Source: Tubulanus polymorphus (taxonomy: Eukaryota; Animalia; Nemertea). From it: a DNA stretch of 64,000 bases. Position numbers and translations under genes: made by a program. Positions 55,901-64,000 of this stretch are shown in pieces. Below the pieces are notes generated by a model that ran no database searches, was not told where the DNA came from, and saw only the letters and a list, made by a program, of their open reading frames with translations. The stretch lies in contig NC_134028.1 of the NCBI RefSeq assembly GCF_964204645.1, forward strand, positions 3,100,001 to 3,164,000. Direction: 5' to 3'. Position 1 is the first letter of the stretch; every line of letters starts with the position of its first letter.

Positions 55901-58900
55901 TAGTGGTTGGTGTTTCAGCATATCACGCTTCAAGAATGGAATCATTTCGACTGATTCGCCGATTTTTGAAGTTGAGAGACCCGTAAGCCGCAATCATGCT
56001 AATCTATTTCCACTTCACCGTACGAATGAAACCAATTATATCAACGAGGATCAATTGTTCTATTAATACACGCGTGAAAGTTGTGTTAGATAAACACCAC
56101 ACTGACTGACAATTAAAGCAATCAAACCGAGCCTCGTGATATTGGCGCGCATACCAGTGTTTAACCAGTCGAAAAACAAGTAGTTAACAAATATATATAT
56201 ATACACGTATATACAGACCGAGTACCATTACATTAGATCAAATAATTATCCACCAATTTCTCAGTAAATCATAATATCTCATACATCTATTATTTCATCA
56301 TCCCCGACATTGTGTGGCTTCGTTTTCCAAGAACAAGATTGTTTTGTTTTTACATTGTTATGAAAGCAGTTCCAGGGGTCCACAAAAAGGATTAACTCTT
56401 TTAACTCCTGAATCAACCTTTGGTCAGAAAACTTTCACATGAACAAGTTATCTATTGCTAATGATCCTTCAGGGTGGCCTCTTTTATTTGACTTACTTTT
56501 TTCCAAGACTATTCCTTGTCATGACTTGATCTAGTAAGAATCCAATCAATTAAGAAATAGGTACGCGATCTAGCAATTTCGACAGATTTCCCTGATTTTT
56601 AACTTTTTTTAAAGAAAATTCCTGTTCCCTGACCTTTTTACAGAAAAGAAATTCCCCGACTTTCCCAGATTTCCAGGTAAGTGGCCACCCTGTTTTTGGA
56701 GAGAAGTGTTCGTTTCCTCCGTATTCTCAATATTTACGTAATACGAATGTACGTACGCCAATTTGTAACTGGCTGCGCGTTCAATAACAGAAACTCTGCG
56801 GCCGGCATTTTTTTCTGTTCAGACTCAATGAATGAAACGTAAATCAATCATTTTAAATCTGTTAGACGCTCGACATGAATAGAATATTCACAATTCATTA
56901 ATCGAATATAATCAGTTACACAAGAATATCGGTGTCAGGGTTTGATGAACGAGCATCTAAACACAACACTCCCGGGGAAAACTGATGTTGCGTAACTATT
57001 CACTACGCAGGCGTAGTAAAAAGTAACTGTTGGAATGCTGCAATGATTACTGATCAACTGAATGGTGTGCGTTCTTAACGAACTACTGTTCATTTTAGTT
57101 TCGAATAATTCCAATAGATGGCGAACTCACAGCAGCAGTAACTCAGTCAGTATATGTTTTTCAGTATTCTCCACGCATGGCGTCACTCTCCTATCAATAG
57201 TTGTTTCTTCTCTAACTGTACTCATTTACCTGATGAAGCTACTCAGAGTTCCAGATGTTTCTATCCCAAATTCCCTGACATTTCCCCGATCAAGATCTAA
57301 AATTCAGATTTCGACCAAAAATATACAGTCAACTGCGAACAGGGTTTCTAGTCCCAGTCTGACGGCCAAAATCAGTCTTGAATTTCAAATAGCTTCAAGC
57401 ACACAGCAGAATCCACACCAAAAATGACCTTTTTTCGGCACGATAAAAGGTCACAGGTTGGTCATCCAACTATACACTAGTAGTCTTTACATCTGTATCA
57501 GTTTAGAAATCTAGAGGAGTGATAGGAATGTAGATGATCATACCTGTTGGTAACTGTTCCACGGCTTCTTCGTACTTGGAGAAACATTCGTCTTCAAACT
57601 GTCTTATCGTTTTCTCTAATATAAATGAACCAAAAAATACAAGCGTAAAGATTTGATGGTAAAACGCTTCTTATTGTGACATCAATTTGCCATCGAAAAG
57701 CTAATTTTTCAGACCTTTTGGTTTTTGATCCTGAATGGTAATTTCTTTCAGTTTTCTACACGCCAACGCATGCCACATGATCTCTTTATGCATATAGAGT
57801 TGTTCCAACCTGCATTTACCAGATATATAGAAATAAAACTCAATCTTCATTAACTTGATTTAACAGACTGCAAAACTGAGCTTTTACAAACCTTTGGTAT
57901 ATATCATTGATGTGCTTCTTCGTGAAATCAAAAAGTTCCGCTATGGGTATGAAGTCGAGACAAAATTCAACATCATCTAGAAATAATGAAACTCATGATA
58001 AAATGTAGGATTTAGACCAAGAAATGCAGTGCATACAAAGATATTTCGACATCTTACCAGGAAACTCATCCAATGCCTTAGAGAAAACTACTTCGGCTAT
58101 CTTGCCGTTCAACACTAAATCATCTGTCTCCTAAAACACGGAATATGTCATCAATATCATCATTTACAGAAGATATCTTGAAATCTTAAGTTAACATGTT
58201 AATCAGTGAAGATTCTCTGATAAATAGAATAAATACAACACCTCTTCCTCAGTTAGTTTCTCCCCAAGGACACCAGCTAATAGTATTTTGTTTCTTTTCT
58301 GTAACTTCTCTGCGTTTAAAAGTTCCAGGCGGTAATACTGTCAACACAATAACAAGCACTCAGGTATATGTATATCAGAATATTGATTTGATTTCGCTTT
58401 AGTGAAATATATGCCTAACTAACCTCGAGCCAAAGAGTTTTTGATTTTGGATTAAAACGTATTCCTCTTTGCATCAAACTTCTGGCGGTTTCTATGGCGC
58501 CAAGCTGTTCGAATTCCCACTTTGATGCCAGTATCCATAGATCTATAGATCGCAATCGAAGATAAGATCAAGTATAGGATAGAAAAACTCACAACCAGTG
58601 TCACACTCGACTCAAAGTTAAGCTCACTTTCAAGTATCTAAACACAACAAGTCTTAGAGTTATAGAACTGAAAGTTTTACAACTGGCAGGAATTTATTTT
58701 TGGGTGTACGAGATGAAGATTTCCAGTAAGTTTACCTGGTTTCTTATTGTGAATTTGCAGCATTTTCATGTAAATTTGCCCAACATGAGAGGTTTCATTC
58801 TAAACAAAGCAAAAATATACATATTTATATATAAGATTATTTAGTCTTAGAGGATATATTCATTTTGCTCAAAGTACATGAGCAGTCTGATTTGATCAAG

Positions 58901-61900
58901 GAAAATTTCATACGGAGTCTACTGAAGTCAACGTATTTTTTTAAAGGACATAAGGACCGTTCGTTAAGAACGTATGCAACCTTTAAGTAGGACCTTGACG
59001 TCAAACACACCTTGACGCGAGACATTTTTGTTAATTTTTTCATTGTTATCTGAGATCAATGACAATAGAGTACCATGTACGTACACTCAGTGGGACTGTG
59101 GAAAATGTTCTGAACTTTTTAGTAATCATCGTAGATTTGACAGTTTTGTACTGAGTCTGGTATCTGCATTATCTATATTTGAATCAACATTTCGTAAACA
59201 CTGTAGAAACTTTGCGCGAACACTGTTGTTGGTGAGAACGTACAAATAGAAATTAATCGAAAAGTTTACAACGGCGAAAAGATGACAAACTTCCGCCCCG
59301 ACCCTCCAGAGATGTTCTCTATCCGGGTAGATACTACTGATAATCAGTAACACGGAATTCGGCATCATCAAAGCGACGAACATAACCGCGACTAAAACGA
59401 TCATCTTCGTAGCCTTGTTTACGGACGACGCTTTTTTCGCGTTCGCGCCGAACGATTTTGTGCGCCGTAAAACGACGAGAAGCGCGATCGTCAGACAAAC
59501 GATCGCGCACATCGGAATATACGTGCCGAGTACGATCGCGAGTATGTACGCGAGCGCGAGCGTAGACGCGTAATAGAAACAGCCGCGAACTACGTCGAAT
59601 TCGATGCTTAGATTATTATAAAGATGAAGCACGATGGAGAGTACGACTACGACAAATACGGTTGATTTAGCGGCCGTTTGCGTGCAGATTCTGCGGCCTA
59701 AAAATGGCCAATTTACGATTATTAAACGCTCGGCACAGATCAGAACGACGAGCCACGTACTAATAAACGCGAACATGTCACCGAGCATATCGATAAGAGC
59801 GCACAGCCATTCCCCGAGTCGAAAACGCAGCAGAATATCACCGGTGACGGAAACGGACACCATATTCACCCACGACAGCGAATGAATCGACGACACGCCG
59901 AGATCGCTAGCCGCTAACGACGCTAGGTACCAGCCGTACGAATGTCGACGGAAATACGCGGTCATCATCAGACACACGGACGCCACGTTGCCGAATAGAC
60001 CAAGCGCGAACAGAATCGGTAAAACAACGAGATTGAGAATGTTCGTGAATTTACTGGTCGGTTTAAGCGGAATAATAGCTACGTTAATCACGCTCCAGTA
60101 CGGATAACCGATATCTATTGTTAAATTCATTTTTATCACGCCGAATAAACAATAGGATTCGCTATCTATTAGGAAAGTCATCGGATTTATACGCGTATTC
60201 GTAAAAGCGTAAGATTCGATTTGAATCGATCGCTGGAGCGAATAACGCGATAAATAACTTATTTTCAAACACCACAGATCAAGTAAATATAATAAGTTGA
60301 ACTAAATCTCGATATTGATTTTATTACGTACCCTCGATTTGGAGAAATCAATGAATGAAAGCCAGAGTGTGATATCATTGCGAAATCGTTCAGTTGCAAA
60401 CTGAAACATAAACATTTTTTTAATCTTTTTGATATTCCAGATTCTACTACAGTCAGTTTGATGTGGATTTTGATCCATTCTGGATATAATTCATGGGCCT
60501 CCTATACATAAACATAAGATGTAAATCAATGTTAGACATAAATGTATTGTAGCCTATGATATAATTTCATTGGTCTCAAATGATCTGTATTTAGCAGGCT
60601 TGACTGCATTATAGGCTGGTTTTTAGAATTTCTACTCAAATTCAAATATATATTCTTTTATCATTTATTACCATACATTATGAAGATACAATGTATCCCG
60701 ATTTACCCTGAACAGTCTGTGAACGCGATGAATAATCGCAATCTCAATTTCCAGCTTCTTAAAGTGGTATCCACTCGTCTAGAAATAGAAACAATATAAA
60801 TTATGCCTTTTTTATTTATCTAATTATAGCGAAATCATTCTATTCTCTAAGGCCTCCTTTTTAAATCACCGGAGTTCAGATTTTTTTAAGAAAAAAAATG
60901 GGAGGACGAAGAAAGAAAAAATGAAAACAAACAAATGTTTCATATACCAGGAATAGGCGTTTTGAAATGAAAGGGAACAGGAAAAAATAGAAAATCTTCA
61001 TTATTAGATTTTTATTAGTAGAGGAATATTGTGAAGAATTTGATTGAACTGATGAGAGAAAGAATAATTTTCTGCAAATCACGATATTCAAAATTCAGAT
61101 GAACATAACCTTGTTACTACTTGTAGATTGAAAATCGAGATGGACATAAAAAAATCTTTTTTTTCATTGAAAAATTGTGATGAAAAAAAAGTATTTTGCA
61201 GAACGTACCTTACGTCGTTTTTTCAATAACTCTAACACATTGATTTCATACTGAAAAAAGGAATGCATATTCAACAAGTTACAATCTTTGAGTAATCAGT
61301 CTGATTACTCCAGGGTACAATCAACACACTGAGTCTACAACAATCAATACAGCAATCAATGACGGCTAGCCTCCTGATTATGATTTTCATGTTCTACCTG
61401 TATATATGCCAAGAAATCTTCTTTTGCTTTGGTTTTTCTTCTCATCTTATATTCAAATGCTTTTCTCTTCTTCAAAATAGCTCTGTGGTGAATAAAACCA
61501 AATTCAAATAGGCTTAGGTGTACCGAAGGAATGAAGGTATTGATAAAAGCGTAAACAATGTTTTGAATGCAATGATGCCGCTAGGCTAATTTATTTTGTC
61601 AACAAGGGGCGTGGACATTTCTAAGACTTTATTAATCTGATCTCGTTAATGACATTTCCTTTTTTAAGGGATAACCATAATCTCACATTGAAGATTTCTC
61701 CACATTTGTACTGTTCTAAAGCGTCCTTTGTTAGTACATGTTACATTCGTATTTTATTGCCGTGTCTATCTCATGTAATTCTGTTAAAAATTGAACGCAA
61801 TAAATCTAAATTGAATTGTTTAGTTAGTATGGGCTTTTTGTCGAGAGATTGGGCCTACCTAGTCTCCGCTTTAGTGAAAAGACCAACTCTTTCCATCTGC

Positions 61901-61950
61901 TCAAGTTCTGGGAGCATCTCTTCAATACTCTGTTCGACAAATTCAGCCAT
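31971..61950 (-). CDS. UTP6: U3 snoRNA-associated protein 6 homolog (HAT-repeat SSU processome subunit, ~595 aa)
   Basis: Twenty phase-consistent exons: 61859-61950, 61398-61482, 61209-61250, 60707-60778, 60332-60400, 58736-58799, 58424-58542, 58242-58337, 58058-58130, 57892-57976, 57715-57809, 57544-57615, 34538-34614, 33373-33450, 32869-33054, 32712-32789, 32529-32632, 32375-32441, 32220-32292, 31971-32131. Recognisable segments: [25 protein letters not shown]; [16 protein letters not shown]; [11 protein letters not shown]; [14 protein letters not shown]; [29 protein letters not shown] at 31928-31933. Confidence 0.95.
34036..34097. mobile_element. Short palindromic repeat remnant; related copy at ~52072-52296
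   Basis: AAACCACGATTACACA...TTGGCCCGGGCCAA...TGTGTGATCGCGGCTT. The segment CCCGGGCCAAATCATCT..GATCGCGGCT is shared with 52270-52296. Confidence 0.45.
35309..35622. mobile_element. GC-rich MITE, PIF/Harbinger-like, probably a recent insertion
   Basis: ~27-bp TIR AG(C/G)CGGGCGTAGGTCGGCCTTGCGACG with one mismatch. TTA duplication at 35306-08 and 35623-25. Internal GTCGCA/TGCGAC repeats. Confidence 0.85.
36493..36638. mobile_element. Non-autonomous TIR element, CAGGGTGGCCAC family
   Basis: CAGGGATCGCCAC...GTGGCCACCCTG with TTCCCTGAC repeats; TAAT on both flanks. Confidence 0.6.
38027..38112. repeat. ~20-bp tandem repeat x4
   Basis: CACGGGACGCCYGTGCTCAA variants. Confidence 0.8.
39155..39434. 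repeat. Purine-only (GGGAGAGA)n simple repeat
   Basis: About 280 bp containing only G and A on the plus strand; it explains the SLPLSL/GRERE ORFs. Confidence 0.97.
47997..48021. mobile_element. 25-bp palindromic element of the CATGGA...TCCATG family
   Basis: CATGGACTTCATTTTAGAGTCCATG flanked by ATGCAAC / GTGCAAC. Confidence 0.5.
48847..49959 (+). CDS. Uncharacterised 370-aa single-pass membrane protein, nested antisense in UTP6 intron 12
   Basis: Long GC/CpG-rich ORF in AT-rich surroundings. Acceptor TTTTACAG ends at 48836, with an in-frame stop just before the ATG. Candidate 5'-UTR donor CAG/GTGAGT at 45693/45694. N-terminal hydrophobic segment followed by a basic cluster. AATAAA at 50554-50559. 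Confidence 0.8.
   Translation: MMLVKLFYLGVLIPSVVTVLLFIGFLICWFKCGLRERVARKYARKNNGIGRGAGGQTQRQKSTSRNSHEMKHMNRALPSKDYWNKDRVPAVSVPGRAQGNVDILYGFYGDSNANKKYKPGEYPLLNRESWRYMSQKSIQTFREDLRREKVPRPPQTNVHTTTTPIQQHRRPHYQHARENSSSADSNYSERSTKKLNGSTSTLEDADSISTVSGYPDTVIDIANNDDPVGYFNRNFHESDPIKNCATKRASRESEIATNQFEESPASHRSSYNKQDSGIDSSSITIDLSPCQSRNDLRPVSAAGRQHRSTKSRRDSNRSDSSEQYCEFVQTDRNGREDAVTSGVDTSSKNTDRDKHYLSIMPNLRAPIVNV
50789..50915. mobile_element. Degenerate MITE-like inverted repeat
   Basis: GTCGACCTTAACCC...GGGTTAGTCGAT with a central TTCATTTTCAAT core resembling those at 15623-15730 and 53406-53534. Confidence 0.45.
53406..53534. mobile_element. MITE, probably PIF/Harbinger type
   Basis: GGCCCCAGTTTCACAAAA...TTTTCGTGAAACTGGACC flanked by CTG on both sides (53403-05, 53535-37). 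Confidence 0.7.
56470..56692. mobile_element. Non-autonomous TIR element, CAGGGTGGCCAC family
   Basis: CAGGGTGGCC...GTGGCCACCCTG; internal sequence similar to 9168-9404 and 36493-36638. Confidence 0.65.
59126..60130 (-). CDS. Intronless rhodopsin-class (class A) GPCR, peptide-receptor-like, 334 aa, nested in UTP6 intron 5 on the same strand
   Basis: Seven hydrophobic segments. N-terminal NLT sequon; TM1 GLFGN; TM2 LAASD; TM3 Cys and ERL (DRY variant); TM5 Pro; TM6 FVALMMP; TM7 NFSINFYLY; helix 8 VRAKF. The NFxLY TM7 form is typical of FMRFamide/sex-peptide/GPR139-like invertebrate expansions. Confidence 0.92.
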   Translation of the reverse strand: MNLTIDIGYPYWSVINVAIIPLKPTSKFTNILNLVVLPILFALGLFGNVASVCLMMTAYFRRHSYGWYLASLAASDLGVSSIHSLSWVNMVSVSVTGDILLRFRLGEWLCALIDMLGDMFAFISTWLVVLICAERLIIVNWPFLGRRICTQTAAKSTVFVVVVLSIVLHLYNNLSIEFDVVRGCFYYASTLALAYILAIVLGTYIPMCAIVCLTIALLVVLRRTKSFGANAKKASSVNKATKMIVLVAVMFVALMMPNSVLLIISSIYPDREHLWRVGAEVCHLFAVVNFSINFYLYVLTNNSVRAKFLQCLRNVDSNIDNADTRLSTKLSNLR

Positions 61951-62868
61951 GATTGGGTTTTAATCTTCTCACACGAAAAATTTCGTTATGTCAATGTACA
62001 CACGTTTGCCCTACAAAATAAAGTTGTTGCTTGCAGACTGTAACAAATGTGCCTCTCGGGCACGGGATTTAACCTTCGCGTCTTGCGTTGATTCGAGGAA
62101 GGAAAATAATGTACATCAGACAAATTGATTAATAATGATAACAAAAGAGATCGATAATATTCAATTTTTAAAACATGGGATTTCGGGATTTTGATTTGGA
62201 GGATCTTATTCGAGAAATGGATAGCTCCGAGAATATCCATATCAGGGCATCCATATCGCGGCAGCTCCCAAACGGGGAGAGCCGTTTCGGGTTTTCGGGG
62301 CAGGAGCCGTGAAATATCCGAAATGAATCGCTGAAATGATAGCAACAGCTGGCAGAAAATGAAGTCCCTTTGCTAAAGGTTGAATTTTAGCGTTTGCTGA
62401 ATTTTTTCAACCATTGAGAATTTATTATGAACATAAAAAAATTACAATATAGAATGGACGTCCATCGTCCAGGGGGCGTTTGTTGAATAATCATCCCCTG
62501 TATGGGCTCCGAACTATACAGAACCTCCTCTCGACTGTCGTTTTATTGATCTATCGTGATTTAGAATACAAAGTCTGGAGAAAACTTGGAATTAAACGAT
62601 AATGATTTATTTACAAACAAATTTATAATCCTTTTCATGAGTCTCGGATAACATTGATCTTTGTCATCACTCCGATAGCATAATTTTTTGGTGGGTTATT
62701 TGAGTTATGATCTCTAAGTTCGCAAATTTTGAACGAAGAACTAAGTCTTCGGGCCTCGCGGGGCTCTTCACGCAGGCCGGTCAAGCATTTTCAACCCTAG
62801 TGCACCGCAAACGAGCAGTTTCCCACTTCTCACATATATATTCAGCTATTCCTCGTCATGTTTTGCTT

Positions 62869-63683
62869 TTAACAATCTCCCGTTCGTACTATTGCTGTAA
62901 CTCGGTCTTTCTTCCTGAACAAGGCAATATGACTGCCACCAAATGTAACCTTTCTTTGGCTTCCCGATGCGGACGACGTCACATTTAGGATGCTCTTCAA
63001 GCCTTCCACTGGTTCGCAGACGATTTCAACACGGCATGACTTTTTGGCTGGTTTGACGACGATTCTTGGACGGTCTGGACGACAGAAGCAAGCTTAAATG
63101 GAAATAATCTCGCTGCTTGATGTGTTGGTTATGGCAAACAATGATCAAGTATGAGACATAAAAGTTCATGAATATCAAAATCGAGATAAGACGGAAGAAA
63201 AAGAATTTTAAGAATTATCTAATGGATGCCATTTGAATGCATTCATATCTATTTATTACCTTTAAAGGTTTGACGAACATTTCTGAAAACCTTTCTGAAA
63301 CGAGAACCGAAAGAACTTTGGTTGGTATTCGATGGTCTTCCATCGTCAGCAATCTTTGGCTTGGAAGTCGCTCCCAAAATACTTGCATCTTCAGCCACTA
63401 CTGAAATGATGGATCCTTTAGTTAAATCTATGATACAGTTTGGAGAAGCGGCTCCGACTGCTCTCGTATTGGTTTTTCGATCAATGTCAACATCATCGGT
63501 AACGTTTAACTGGGCAACGTCATCAGGATGACCGACATCTCCATCTTTTCCATATTCACAATATCCATTCGATTTGCACATCGAAGTACCACCACAGATT
63601 GACGATTCTACCGGTGGTGATAGTAAACTTTCAACGACATCTTCCAAAGACTGGGCTTCGGGATCAATTTTGTTTTCCATCAT
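62869..63683 (-). CDS. Uncharacterised ~215-aa disordered protein with putative PP1-docking motifs
   Basis: Exon 1 is 63260-63683 (donor AAG/GTAATA); exon 2 is 62869-63092 (acceptor TTTCCATTTAAG). The phase-1 join reads ...NVRQTFK-A-CFCRPDRPR...LKSILNV...QRKVTFGGSHIALF...GDC*. AATAAA at 62606-62611. Confidence 0.65.
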
Positions 63684-64000
63684 AGTTTTTATAAGCTTTT
63701 TATAGCAATATCAGCACAGTTTTTGCAGCGTTTGCAGAGATGCGATTAGCTCTGTTGCTAAGTCGACAGTAGTTTATGCAACAGTTGCTAGGCAATACCA
63801 AAAGCATCTTGGTTAGGGTTGCTACTGCAGCTTATATCCCGTTTGTTACTAAGGTGTTTTTTGGAAAAGAGTTTATAGGCTAATAATTATATATCTTTCA
63901 GGATTTTGCGTTCATCGTAAGATTAATTTACATTAAATGTCCATAATCAATGGCGTACGTAGAAAAATATATACACTCTAAAAACTTGTTTACGTTTTCA

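Noticed and set aside
57544-61950. Intronic snoRNAs in UTP6, a ribosome-biogenesis gene
   Set aside because: No properly spaced C (RTGATGA) and D (CTGA) box pair was seen on the sense strand in the introns inspected. A covariance-model search would be needed to exclude them.

Overview
This window is AT-rich eukaryotic (metazoan) genomic DNA with many short GT-AG introns. The gene content suggests a marine invertebrate, possibly a lophotrochozoan (inference). All gene models were spliced by hand. (1) An ABCA5-like transporter on the minus strand starts at ATG 14547, has 21 exons here and runs off the left edge. (2) NFU1, minus strand, 8 exons. (3) A repeat-rich, apparently non-coding interval (17-28 kb) contains a diverged ~225-bp inverted repeat whose mismatches favour G:U pairing on the minus strand, a candidate long hairpin RNA locus. 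(4) A secreted astacin + MAM metalloprotease, plus strand, 13 exons. (5) UTP6, minus strand, 20 exons over 30 kb, hosts a same-strand intronless rhodopsin-class GPCR in intron 5 and an opposite-strand single-pass membrane protein in a 23-kb intron 12. (6) A two-exon unrecognised gene carries SILK-like and RVxF PP1-docking motifs. There are also several minisatellites, tRNA-derived SINE-like heads and small MITE families. No CRISPR array, rRNA or intact tRNA is supported.
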